A DNA stretch of 64,000 nucleotides from Oligoflexus sp. (GCA_041736305.1 JBGSTX010000334.1:8754-72753), one strand, 5' to 3'. Counted from the first letter of the stretch, positions 38,227-47,926 are shown. Translations and numbers: made by a program. Notes: generated from the letters alone by a model not told the origin.

Positions 38227-38493
38227 TCAAAACTAATAATTATTCCTAATTACCTCTACTTACAGAGTGGATAAAAATCTAGGATAGCAATTTAAGCTCT
38301 AGCTAAATCCTCCGTAGTCCGAGCTTTCACTGATACCTACCTATCCATAAGTCCTCATTACCAAAAAGTTCCATTTGCCAAATTATCCATTACTTATAGT
38401 TCTTTACATATAATTCCCTGCCAGGTGCTCCTCGTTTTTCTGCAGACTTATCCGATATAATTTTGTCGCTTTTACACGCTTTAAGGATGTTCC

Positions 38494-39993
38494 ATGAGCC
38501 ACAATTCTTCAGCCTTGAATCTCAACTTGAACTCGATCATCCGCTACCGCGAGCAGCGTATATTTATTGGCGACCATCAGCAGGCCTTAGCCTTATTCAG
38601 CTCGGAACATATTGATATTACCGAGGGTAAGATTATAAATGTCTCTCGCTTCGGTGCACGAATATCAATAGCTGAAGAAGCTGTATTTGTTAATCGCGGC
38701 GATCAGCTGAAAATAATCAGGCTCTATCTAGGCGACATAAGAATTTATGATGGCCCCGCGACGATTGTAAGCGAGATGCGGGCTTCCGATGGCTTTGTTG
38801 ACATCGGTCTCGCTCTCTTTGGCAACGGAGTCGATCTCGATCAAGTTAATGCCGTGCTTCAGATTGAGTCCACAATTGAGCCTCATCAGAACTTCCAAAG
38901 CATATCCGAGTTGAGCAAGCACATTGATCCCCGCTTCAAAATCCTGGTCGCTGACCTCAGCACACTATTTGCCGATCTGCGCGTAAAATTCAGGGAAGAA
39001 GAAAGACGTATTAGCGAGTCAGCGCTCTCTTCCTCCCATAAGCAGCGCCTCGAAGAACATGCAATCAGCGTTGCTGCTTCTTTATTCGGCAGCGACATAC
39101 AGTCGATATTCGATGATTTCACTAAGTTTGTCTATCAGATGGATTCTGACTCGATAGCACTTCATAAGAAGTACTTTCGTTCAAACTTTCACGCCTACAT
39201 ACTCGATGCGCCCTTTATCAATCGAGCTTTTAACAAGCCTCTCGGATATGCTGGTGATTTTGGTTTAATGGTCATGCTTTATGAGTACCAGGACATCGGC
39301 ACGACTCTTTTCGATAAATTTTTCCATCGTCTCGGCTGTACCGCTCCTTCTGCAGTTGCGAATAAAAACCGCGTCGTTTTCCTTTCAGACTTGATCTACC
39401 AGGAGTATGCGAAGCGTAGCGAAAAGGGTGATTTTTCGGTCGCTAGCATAGCTTGCGGACCAGCACGCGAAGTGCAGCTTTTCCTAAATCATCTTGCAGA
39501 AAATGGAGTCACACGACCGGTCAAGACTGTATGCCTTGACCGCGAACCTTACGCTCTCGACTATGCCCAGAGCCAGATTCGCAAGTCCATCAAGCCTGGT
39601 ACACCAGTTGAAACGGTCTTTCTAAAAGAAGATGCCGTACTCGGCATCATTAAAAAGAATCGATTCATCAGCGAGATCGCCGGCAGCACCATTATCAGCT
39701 GCGCTGGACTCTACGACTATCTTAGTGATCGGCTGGCGAGCAAAATGATTGAGGGCATGTATGCACTACTTGCGCCTGGAGGAACACTGCTCATCGGTAA
39801 CGTTTCAAATCAGATCCCAGATCGTTTTTCAATGGATTTTCTAATGGAGTGGAACCTCGTACTCCGTAGCTCAGAAGACATGATGCGCTTGGTGCCTGAC
39901 GCTATCTGTCAGGAGCGTGGTGCCTCCGTCGAAGTAGTTGCAGAGCCTCTTGGTCTCAACCTGTTCCTAAGGATAAAAAAGCCAAGTGAATAA
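38494..39993 (+). CDS. PhcB-like class I SAM methyltransferase with N-terminal PilZ-like domain
   Basis: RAFNKPLGYAGDF, ANKNRV, SIACGPAREV, CAGLYDYLSD, LAPGGTLLIGN, MEWNLVLRS; N-terminal IINVSRFGA; AAGGA RBS. Confidence 0.8.
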   Translation: MSHNSSALNLNLNSIIRYREQRIFIGDHQQALALFSSEHIDITEGKIINVSRFGARISIAEEAVFVNRGDQLKIIRLYLGDIRIYDGPATIVSEMRASDGFVDIGLALFGNGVDLDQVNAVLQIESTIEPHQNFQSISELSKHIDPRFKILVADLSTLFADLRVKFREEERRISESALSSSHKQRLEEHAISVAASLFGSDIQSIFDDFTKFVYQMDSDSIALHKKYFRSNFHAYILDAPFINRAFNKPLGYAGDFGLMVMLYEYQDIGTTLFDKFFHRLGCTAPSAVANKNRVVFLSDLIYQEYAKRSEKGDFSVASIACGPAREVQLFLNHLAENGVTRPVKTVCLDREPYALDYAQSQIRKSIKPGTPVETVFLKEDAVLGIIKKNRFISEIAGSTIISCAGLYDYLSDRLASKMIEGMYALLAPGGTLLIGNVSNQIPDRFSMDFLMEWNLVLRSSEDMMRLVPDAICQERGASVEVVAEPLGLNLFLRIKKPSE

Positions 39994-41434
39994 GGATATA
40001 AGTCAGCAATTTATCCAGTGCGAACAAGAACTGTTTATCAAACGCGGAAAGATTTCCGTTAGTGTAGCAGTAGTTCTTGTTCTTCTATTTTGGCTGGTAG
40101 ATTGGATTTATGCCCCGCACTTGGCTTGGTCTTTCCTAGCTTATCGCCTCGCCGTAATCCCAACAGTAATGATCTGTTTGTTTCTCTGGCGCCACAAAGC
40201 CTTCCGCGAACATCTCTATTTTATTCCAGGCTACATCGTTTGCGGCTATCTGGGTTTATACACGGCAGTTTTGATCTCCCTCAATGAGCAGGAAAATTCT
40301 CCTTACTACGCAGGGCTAAATCTTGTTACTTATGGTTCGCTTTTCTTTTTGCCTTGGCGGCGCTTTCATGCTGGGGTTTCAGTACTTCTCACCTATCTCC
40401 CTTATGTCGTTTCGATCACTTTAGTTTCGAAAGAAACTTTAGACTGGGCTCATTTAGCTCCCCATCTGGCTTTCTGCAGCAGTACGATTGGAATGGGCGC
40501 GATCGTGATGGAGTTGAGCCGTAAACTGCGTTTCCGGGAATTTGAAAGCCAGTATCTTCTCAATGTGGAGATCCTCACTAAAGATGCCGTGATTGCACAA
40601 AAATCTAAGGAAGCTGTACATCTTGAAAAGCTATCGCGGCAATTTTCACAGAGCGTGATCGATTCAGTTCGGATAGGATCCGTCTCAATTGACCATCCTC
40701 GCCGTGTGCTAGTCACCTGTCTATTTATCGACATCGAGAGTTCCACCGGCCGCTCAGTGCGCATTGACTATCAAGACTATGTCTCTGTTTTGAGCGATTT
40801 CTTTTCGGCTACCGCTAAAATCCTTTTAGATTTCAATTTGACCGTCAGCAGCTATCTTGGGGATGGGATGATGGCTTTTGCGAATGCCCCGGTCTACCAG
40901 CCGGATCATCAAGAAAGAACCTTGAAGGCCGCCTTGGAAATTCTCCGCATGCACGCTGCACGGCGTGATGCCTACATCAGAGAGTGGCGAAGTGATTTCA
41001 ATATCCGCATAGGCATCAATACTGGATTTGCATCAGTCGGATTTTTTCCTGCAGCTACAAAGAATTCCTACACCGCTGTTAGTCCACAGGTCACACTTGC
41101 CAGTCGACTCTGCTCTTATGCTGAACGAAACTCGGTGGCTATCACAAAGCCATTCCTCGTTCAAATAGGAGCATCTTTGAAAGATGCTCATGTAAAAAAT
41201 TTGCGCGTGGAACAAAATATAAAGGGATTCGAAGGCGAATCAATCGAAGTTTTGACTGTTCTGCCCATTTATAAAGATGTCGATCAGGAAGCCTGTCCTC
41301 GATGCCAAGGTCGCTATTCCATCGTCAATGAGCCCGGTGAAATCCAGGTTGTACGCTGTATGAGCTGCGGATTTACTGACGTCCGAGACGGCGCCATATC
41401 AATTAAACAGATTACCCTTCCTGAGGCTTCTTAA
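39986..41434 (+). CDS. multi-TM sensor fused to class III adenylate/guanylate cyclase domain with C-terminal zinc ribbon
   Basis: About 6 TM segments including SPYYAGLNLV; LFIDIESST, YLGDGMMA, IRIGINTG, YTA...LASRL, IKG; CPRC...CMSC; overlaps the upstream gene by 8 nt. Confidence 0.85.
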   Translation: MNKDISQQFIQCEQELFIKRGKISVSVAVVLVLLFWLVDWIYAPHLAWSFLAYRLAVIPTVMICLFLWRHKAFREHLYFIPGYIVCGYLGLYTAVLISLNEQENSPYYAGLNLVTYGSLFFLPWRRFHAGVSVLLTYLPYVVSITLVSKETLDWAHLAPHLAFCSSTIGMGAIVMELSRKLRFREFESQYLLNVEILTKDAVIAQKSKEAVHLEKLSRQFSQSVIDSVRIGSVSIDHPRRVLVTCLFIDIESSTGRSVRIDYQDYVSVLSDFFSATAKILLDFNLTVSSYLGDGMMAFANAPVYQPDHQERTLKAALEILRMHAARRDAYIREWRSDFNIRIGINTGFASVGFFPAATKNSYTAVSPQVTLASRLCSYAERNSVAITKPFLVQIGASLKDAHVKNLRVEQNIKGFEGESIEVLTVLPIYKDVDQEACPRCQGRYSIVNEPGEIQVVRCMSCGFTDVRDGAISIKQITLPEAS

Positions 41435-41449
41435 ATTCTACCCGAGCAA

Positions 41450-41478
41450 TAAAAAAAGCCTCATCGAATAATGAGGCT
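41450..41478 (-). terminator. intrinsic terminator of rplS, between convergent genes
   Basis: AGCCTCAT-6 nt loop-ATGAGGCT perfect stem followed by a T run on the minus strand. Confidence 0.85.
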
Positions 41479-41501
41479 AAGTCTAAATATCTAGCTCTTG
41501 A

Positions 41502-41882
41502 TTACTTAACAGTGGCCACGTGACGACTACGGATACGAGCAGCCTTACCAGCTAGGGAGCGTAGGTAATAAAGACGCGAGCGACGGACGATACCGGCTGC
41601 AATCAATTCCACCTTAGCTATATGTGGCGAGAGAAGAGGAAACACACGTTCAACACCAATGCTGTTGGCGCCGATCTTACGGACAGTAAACGATCCTTCG
41701 ACATGGCCTTTCTTGCGAGCAAGAACCACGCCTTCAAATTGCTGGATACGAAATTTACCGGCTTCTGCACCTTCTTGAAGCTTATAGTGCACTCTAACAG
41801 TGTCGCCAGGGCGAAACTTAGGGAAGGTGTTTTCTAGCGGGAATTTTTTCTTTTCAAAGTTACTGATGATTGCATTTTTCAT
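41502..41882 (-). CDS. rplS: 50S ribosomal protein L19
   Basis: FRPGDTVRVH, RIQQFEGVV, FTVRK, GVERVFP, VRRSRLYYLR...GKAARI. Confidence 0.97.
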   Translation of the reverse strand: MKNAIISNFEKKKFPLENTFPKFRPGDTVRVHYKLQEGAEAGKFRIQQFEGVVLARKKGHVEGSFTVRKIGANSIGVERVFPLLSPHIAKVELIAAGIVRRSRLYYLRSLAGKAARIRSRHVATVK

Positions 41883-42006
41883 CGGCTATTTACCTATGCA
41901 GATTGGCGGCCTTGAGCGCTACCATGACTCGTCTTTCCAGGACAGTGTTAACTACCTTAGAACGAACCCATGGTCAAGCGGCTCTTCACGACGCGTTCTT
42001 TCTCAA

Positions 42007-42453
42007 CTAAATTGCCAGTTCGAGGGCAGCGGCCTTCATGAGATCCTGCTTGGCATCTTCAAGCACATGAAAAAGCTCTTCGCGTTCGGCAGTTGTAATC
42101 CTCTGCCGCATCAGTGGCAGGATTCGATCCTCGATACTCTGCATGTGCGCCATAAATGATGATCGGAGAGCTTGGACGCGTGCATTATCAAGGCTATTGT
42201 TCGCATCGAGCAATGCCACCTGCTCGAGCATTTCCTGCAGTTCGTTCGAGATTCTGGCGAATAGGGCTTCGTTTTTAGGCGAAAGTTCGATCAGTTCGGG
42301 AAGGAGATAGCTCACCTCGAGGTTCAGGTAAGCTTTGAGGCGTCCGAGAATTCCAATCCTGAGCCCTTGGGTCTCCGAGCCCTCTGCCAAGAGCGTAAGC
42401 TCGGCTAGCCGTTCTTTAAGCTCGGTTTTCAGCAGCTGCAATACGTCCATCAT
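42007..42453 (-). CDS. degenerate hemerythrin-like helical protein
   Basis: DVLQLLK.E, LKAYLNLEVSYLLP, AHMQSIEDRILP...EREEL pattern with most His ligands missing; GGAGG RBS. Confidence 0.55.
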   Translation of the reverse strand: MMDVLQLLKTELKERLAELTLLAEGSETQGLRIGILGRLKAYLNLEVSYLLPELIELSPKNEALFARISNELQEMLEQVALLDANNSLDNARVQALRSSFMAHMQSIEDRILPLMRQRITTAEREELFHVLEDAKQDLMKAAALELAI

Positions 42454-42624
42454 AAAACCTCCAAAGAACAGCCCAGAACATTAAAACGATAGGCTTAGGG
42501 TCGCCGTACCGAAGATGTGTATAGAGCACAACATGATGAGATGATGAGGGGTGATATAGACGATGCGCATCGAGCATGCAAGCCCGAGAATTGACAGGAT
42601 TTCATTTTCCTGCAGAAGGTGCAT

Positions 42625-43518
42625 TTACAAAGGGCTTCGACTTCTTGGTGTATCACTCAGATAAGCGAGACCACGCCGCAACGCTATAATTAGCTTCGCT
42701 TGCCGTTCGGAAGATTCCCCTGGGAGATGGGCAGCAAGCTCTGCGCTCAAATCACTGTCACTCTTTTGGGCCAGTTCAGTCAAAGACCCACCTATCTTTC
42801 GTAGATCGCTTTGTTCAGCTGGACTTAAGGACGACCATATTTTTTGCGGATCCCAAAGTTCTCCTTTCCCTTCGAATGCATCGGCCATAAGGAAGAAGGC
42901 TAAGCTCCAACGCTCGTGATCGCTTAGGCTGACGCCGAAGGTAGGCATAATAGAATTAGGTATGCCAGTGATCAAAAGGTTGTAGTAGCTGAATGCAGTC
43001 CTCGTTTCGCTCCTGGCTAGCTCGAGAAGATTCGTAGGAGGAGGAACCATAGGAAAACGCTTATTTTGAGCTAGTTTGCCATCACCTAGCCCTTGGCTAC
43101 CATGACAAGACTCACAGTTTTCTCGGTAGACCTCCAACCCAAGCTGAACATTGGGTACTTCGGTCGGGACTGTGATGACTTTAAATGCCTCAACTATTAG
43201 GGATCTATATCGACGCGTCAGGCGTTCCAGCGGCACCCGATTCCCCTGGGCTATGTCAATTTCTTTGAATAAGCTTTGAAAGTCATTCTGCTTAGTTTTA
43301 GAGAGCTTTTCTGCAAGCGTTTCATAACCTTTTTGTATATCCAAGCGCTTTTCAGGCGAGATTCTGCCCTTTTGGCTTTCAGAAATCGCCCTGTCAACCA
43401 AGACCAGATGGTCACGCAAAGCTTTCGTATAATGGCGACGCATTTCTCGACTATCACGGGCCACAGCTGGTCTAATCATGCACAGAACGAGGAGTAAAAA
43501 GCTTAAAATCTTAAACAT
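42625..43518 (-). CDS. periplasmic c-type cytochrome resembling the N-terminal part of cytochrome c/FTR1 (PbrT-like) fusions
   Basis: Signal peptide; CESCHG..G.GDG, PPPTNL, YNL...G...IMP.F...LSDHERWSLAF. Confidence 0.75.
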   Translation of the reverse strand: MFKILSFLLLVLCMIRPAVARDSREMRRHYTKALRDHLVLVDRAISESQKGRISPEKRLDIQKGYETLAEKLSKTKQNDFQSLFKEIDIAQGNRVPLERLTRRYRSLIVEAFKVITVPTEVPNVQLGLEVYRENCESCHGSQGLGDGKLAQNKRFPMVPPPTNLLELARSETRTAFSYYNLLITGIPNSIMPTFGVSLSDHERWSLAFFLMADAFEGKGELWDPQKIWSSLSPAEQSDLRKIGGSLTELAQKSDSDLSAELAAHLPGESSERQAKLIIALRRGLAYLSDTPRSRSPL

Positions 43519-44260
43519 GTCGAACCCTTTCGGCCGCAGTTAGCGGCCGATGGTTGGTAAGGATTTCATCGAAGCCCGCCCGAAGAGCTGCGATAGTGTC
43601 GTCGTCAGTCTCAGGTAGATAAGCTAGGAGCCGCGCTCCTCGGCGATGATAACTTTCAACAATTGCGGGCGTAAAGAGATCATGGCCGAGGAATAATCTA
43701 GGCAGAGTATAGGTTCGGCCGGCCTGAATGGCCCCGAGCTTGGGAACCTTCAAAAGCACTGAAAGCCCTGCTCTCCAACAAGCATGTTTATCTGCTAGAG
43801 TTGGCATCCTTGGAAATAGCTGCTTCGCTAAGCGCCGAGCCCGCGAGGTCCAAAGCAGCAGACGCGCTTGTGAGTTAAGCCAGGAGTCTGCATTCTTGCG
43901 GTGGGCCCAGCGCTTGAGGATATGGAGCGTCTGCAAATCAGTCTCAGGCTTTATGTCAAAAATCCAGCTGTATCCAGCATAACGCTGCATGAATTCATCG
44001 AAAGTCAGTATCTGCTGCTGATCCCGCGTTTTAATTCGTCGTATATCTACCAAACGCATTTCATGAACAGCACGGTCGACACCACAACTTCGCTCCAGAC
44101 TTACATCATGCATGAGGACGATATGACCGTCCGCAGTTGCTCTTAAGTCGAGCTCTAGATGAATAAACCCTGCCTCTATAGCCAAATCAAAGGAGCGTAG
44201 AGTATTTTCAACACACTCTTGATGGGAGCCTCGATGACTGACCCAGATAACATCGTGCAT
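43511..44260 (-). CDS. glycerophosphodiester phosphodiesterase family protein
   Basis: SHRG, ENTLRSF, ELDLRATADG..VLMHD, DIK, DEILTN. Confidence 0.88.
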   Translation of the reverse strand: MHDVIWVSHRGSHQECVENTLRSFDLAIEAGFIHLELDLRATADGHIVLMHDVSLERSCGVDRAVHEMRLVDIRRIKTRDQQQILTFDEFMQRYAGYSWIFDIKPETDLQTLHILKRWAHRKNADSWLNSQARLLLWTSRARRLAKQLFPRMPTLADKHACWRAGLSVLLKVPKLGAIQAGRTYTLPRLFLGHDLFTPAIVESYHRRGARLLAYLPETDDDTIAALRAGFDEILTNHRPLTAAERVRHV

Positions 44261-44418
44261 ACCTACCCTCTTTCAAAGTCTCTTCCATATACCTGAGCAA
44301 TGGACCTTAGCTCAACGGAAACTCCTGGTCAGATTGAGGTCGTTCTTCTACAATCCGCTCGTGTTTCAAACAGCAAAGTGCTGAACTTACTGCTTATTAA
44401 GTCAGACGGGGCAGAGCT

Positions 44419-46572
44419 ATGAGCAAGCAATATAAAACCGGACTAAGCGACCGTGGAACCTGGGAGAAACTAGCCCAAAAAGATTGCGGTGCTGTTCCCC
44501 TTAGCTCCCTAGACCGAAAAACCCCTGAAGGAGTTCTGCTCAAAGCTCTCTATACGACGCGCGATCTCGAAGGACTTGATTTTCTCGATTCGCTGCCAGG
44601 ATTTCCACCTTATACCCGTGGACCAAGGGCAAGCATGTATACGGTGAAACCCTGGACCATTAGACAATACGCAGGCTTCTCAACCGCCGAGGAGTCGAAT
44701 CGCTTTTATCGCGAAAACCTCGCCGCAGGCCAGAAAGGTTTGAGCGTAGCTTTTGATTTGGCGACCCACCGTGGTTATGATTCAGATCACCCTAGAGTCG
44801 TAGGCGATGTCGGCAAAGCCGGAGTTGCCATCGACTCGGTCGAGGATATGAAAATACTCTTCGATCAAATTCCACTCGACACTATGAGTGTGTCGATGAC
44901 AATGAATGGAGCCGTGATTCCGATTCTTGCGGCATTCATCGTCGCTGGCGAAGAACAAGGGGTTCGCCTTGAGCAGCTGTCCGGAACTATTCAGAATGAT
45001 ATTCTCAAAGAATACATGGTTCGTAATACTTATATTTATCCCCCTATACCCTCGATGCGGATAGTCGGTGACATCATTGCTTATACCGCAGAAAAGATGC
45101 CACGCTTCAATAGTATCTCTATCAGTGGTTACCATATCCAAGAGGCTGGGGGCAACTCAGCTATCGAGTTAGCTTTCACCTTAGCCGATGGTATCGAGTA
45201 TGTGAGGGCAGCATTAAAACGGGGCCTCGCTGTCGATAGCTTTGCTCCTCGGCTTTCATTCTTTTTTGCGATAGGCATGAACTTCTACATGGAGATTGCC
45301 AAACTTCGTGCGGCAAGGACTCTCTGGTATAAACTCATGCAGGAATTTCAGCCCCAAGACCCTCGTTCATCTATACTGCGTACTCATTGCCAAACCTCGG
45401 GTTATACTTTGACCGAGCAGGACCCTTACAATAACATCATACGAACCACAATCGAAGCCATGGCCTCCGTCTTTGGCGGCACCCAGTCGCTCCATACCAA
45501 CTCTTTCGACGAGGCTGTCAGCCTACCGACCAATTTTTCAGCTCGCCTCGCTCGTAATACCCAACTCATTATTCAAGAAGAGACCGATATCTGCCATGTT
45601 GTTGATCCCTTCGGTGGCAGCTACTTTATGGAGTCCCTTACCAAAGACCTCATCGATCGAGCGGCGCAGATTATTAAAGATCTCGATGCCGCAGGCGGAA
45701 TGATCAGCGCCATCCAACAGGGTCTGCCGAAGCTTATGATCGAAGAAGCAGCAGCGACGAAACAGGCTAGGATCGATTCGAAGCAAGACGTTATCGTCGG
45801 AGTGAACAAGTACCGAACTGACGAAGTCAGTAGCTTTGATGTCCTTGATATCGATAATACAGCGGTTCGTGAATCTCAAATCGCCCGCCTCCTTCGAGTC
45901 AAGGCAGAGCGCAAAGCAGAAGCTGTAGCAAGAGACCTAAAGGCCTTGGAAGAAGGTGCCCGTGGTGGCAGCAATCTGCTTGAGCTCGCGGTGGCCTGTA
46001 TGCGTAGCCGGGCCACTGTTGGTGAAGTATCGGATGCACTGCGTCGCGTTTTTGGGGAGCACAAGGCGCCGATCCAATCGATAAGCAACATTTATGCAGC
46101 TGCAAGCCAAGACTCAAAAGACTTTAATGAAGCAAAGGCCGCTGTTGCAGCATTTTCCGAGCGCGAAGGTCGGCAGCCTCGCATTCTAGTAGCCAAACTA
46201 GGGCAGGATGGCCACGATCGCGGCGCCAAAGTTATAGCCACCGGTTTCGCCGATTTAGGCTACGACGTCGACATCGGAGCTCTTTTCCAAACTCCAGAAG
46301 AAGCAGTTAAGCAGGCTGTTGAGAACGACGTCCACGTTATTGGCATTTCGTCGCAAGCTGCCGCACACAAAACTCTTGTTCCCCAACTCCTGCAACTCCT
46401 CGAAAAAGAAGGGGCCAGCGACATAGCTGTCGTAGTAGGTGGGATAATACCTCAGAAGGACTACGACTTCCTCCTTAGAGCCGGAGCTTCAGCAATCTTC
46501 GGCCCGGGAACGCCCGTACCCAAAGCTGCCTTAGAAACTCTTCAATCTATCGAGAGGAAGCGGCGTCCATGA
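44419..46572 (+). CDS. scpA: methylmalonyl-CoA mutase (AdoCbl-dependent)
   Basis: [55 protein letters not shown]12-binding motif. Confidence 0.96.
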   Translation: MSKQYKTGLSDRGTWEKLAQKDCGAVPLSSLDRKTPEGVLLKALYTTRDLEGLDFLDSLPGFPPYTRGPRASMYTVKPWTIRQYAGFSTAEESNRFYRENLAAGQKGLSVAFDLATHRGYDSDHPRVVGDVGKAGVAIDSVEDMKILFDQIPLDTMSVSMTMNGAVIPILAAFIVAGEEQGVRLEQLSGTIQNDILKEYMVRNTYIYPPIPSMRIVGDIIAYTAEKMPRFNSISISGYHIQEAGGNSAIELAFTLADGIEYVRAALKRGLAVDSFAPRLSFFFAIGMNFYMEIAKLRAARTLWYKLMQEFQPQDPRSSILRTHCQTSGYTLTEQDPYNNIIRTTIEAMASVFGGTQSLHTNSFDEAVSLPTNFSARLARNTQLIIQEETDICHVVDPFGGSYFMESLTKDLIDRAAQIIKDLDAAGGMISAIQQGLPKLMIEEAAATKQARIDSKQDVIVGVNKYRTDEVSSFDVLDIDNTAVRESQIARLLRVKAERKAEAVARDLKALEEGARGGSNLLELAVACMRSRATVGEVSDALRRVFGEHKAPIQSISNIYAAASQDSKDFNEAKAAVAAFSEREGRQPRILVAKLGQDGHDRGAKVIATGFADLGYDVDIGALFQTPEEAVKQAVENDVHVIGISSQAAAHKTLVPQLLQLLEKEGASDIAVVVGGIIPQKDYDFLLRAGASAIFGPGTPVPKAALETLQSIERKRRP

Positions 46573-47564
46573 GCTCTGACTCTCGCGTTTCGTCGCTGGC
46601 TGAAGGTATCCTGAAAGGATCGCGTCGCAGTCTCGGGAAGGCACTGACCCTTATTGAAAGCCGTTTGCCAAATGATCGGGTTGCAGCTCTAGCTCTCCTA
46701 GAAACTATTTATCCTCGTCGCAAGACATCTCAGCGCATAGGAATCAGCGGCCCTCCCGGAGTCGGGAAAAGTACCTTTATCGAGGCACTGGGCCTGCATT
46801 TCCTCGAACAAGGCCGGCGCTTGGCCGTCCTCGCCATTGATCCTAGTTCGCCTCTTTCGTCTGGTAGCATTCTCGGCGACAAAACCCGCATGGAACTTCT
46901 GGCCAATCATGACTCTTGTTTTATTCGCCCATCCCCGGCAGGATTGTCGCTTGGAGGTGTCGCGCGCAGGACTCACGAAGCCATATTGGTATGCGAAGCG
47001 GCAGGCTATGATGCTATCATCGTGGAAACCGTAGGTGTCGGCCAGTCGGAGCATCTTATCGCGAAGATGGTAGATATCTTTATGCTTCTTGCCCTCCCGC
47101 ATGCGGGAGACCAGCTGCAGGGATTGAAAAGGGGTATCCTCGAGCTGGTAGATCTGGTCGTTATCAATAAAGCAGATGGTTTATTTTTGACGGCTGCGCG
47201 GCAAGCTGTGGTCGATCATAAAGCTGCTCTGCACTGGCAACGCCACAACTCAGAGCGCCTCGCCGCTGAAGTCCATCTCTGCAGCGCACTTGAGAAAACG
47301 GGGATTGAATCTATCTATCGTGCGCTTAATGAGCGCTCCCAAGCGACTTATGAGCAAGGTCTGTGGGAGGCGAGGCGAAAATCTCAGGATCAGCTCTGGT
47401 ACAAGAGTGAAATACACGAGCAGTTGATGGAACGGCTCGCGAGCAATCCAGGATTTAGGAAGCTCTTGCAGGAGATGCAGGCCCAGATTGATGCCAGCGA
47501 ACTACCTCCGCCCGTGGCTGCAGATCGAATCATGAATCAACTGATTAGAAAGATCACAATATGA
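46569..47564 (+). CDS. meaB: methylmalonyl-CoA mutase-associated GTPase MeaB
   Basis: [44 protein letters not shown] coupling. Confidence 0.93.
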   Translation: MSSDSRVSSLAEGILKGSRRSLGKALTLIESRLPNDRVAALALLETIYPRRKTSQRIGISGPPGVGKSTFIEALGLHFLEQGRRLAVLAIDPSSPLSSGSILGDKTRMELLANHDSCFIRPSPAGLSLGGVARRTHEAILVCEAAGYDAIIVETVGVGQSEHLIAKMVDIFMLLALPHAGDQLQGLKRGILELVDLVVINKADGLFLTAARQAVVDHKAALHWQRHNSERLAAEVHLCSALEKTGIESIYRALNERSQATYEQGLWEARRKSQDQLWYKSEIHEQLMERLASNPGFRKLLQEMQAQIDASELPPPVAADRIMNQLIRKITI

Positions 47565-47926
47565 ACGAGCAAATTTACTCTTTGAGTCCCGAGGCCCACA
47601 GGAAGGCACTCGAACTTCAAAACGACTTTCCTCGTTATCGCAACCTGCCCCTAAGGCTTTACGTCGAGGGAAAGGGTTGTGATGGCTTTACCTATGGCGT
47701 AAGCTTTGATGATTCTGCCCCTGACGACTTGCACTTCGTTCAAGACGGGCTCTCTTGCATCATCGACCCCCAAAGCCTGGAATTTTGCAAAGGTTCGCAA
47801 ATAGAATGGGTCGATGATGAGCGAGGCACGGGATTTCTGGTTGAAAACCCGAATCAAAGAAAATTCCGTGGGAAGTTCTACAAGCGCAAAGCCTGGCTTG
47901 AAAGGTTCGAAGGCGCTAAAGCTTAG
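47561..47926 (+). CDS. HesB/IscA-like protein lacking the C-terminal CxC motif
   Basis: LRLYVEGKGCDGFTYG.SFD, DD, IDPQSL, GF...NPN; basic tail replaces CGCGESF. Confidence 0.75.
   Translation: MNEQIYSLSPEAHRKALELQNDFPRYRNLPLRLYVEGKGCDGFTYGVSFDDSAPDDLHFVQDGLSCIIDPQSLEFCKGSQIEWVDDERGTGFLVENPNQRKFRGKFYKRKAWLERFEGAKA

Noticed and set aside
39986-41434. Cyclase as a Pycsar/CBASS anti-phage system
   Set aside because: No adjacent cNMP-binding TIR or TM effector; the cyclase carries a sensor-like TM domain and is paired with a methyltransferase.
41878-41904. GCCGATGA at the rplS start (and ACCGATGC at the pilC start) as sigma28 -10 boxes
   Set aside because: The match includes the start codon itself, so it cannot drive these genes.
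44261-44418. Cobalamin riboswitch upstream of scpA
   Set aside because: The region is short and I see no B12-box or conserved riboswitch core.
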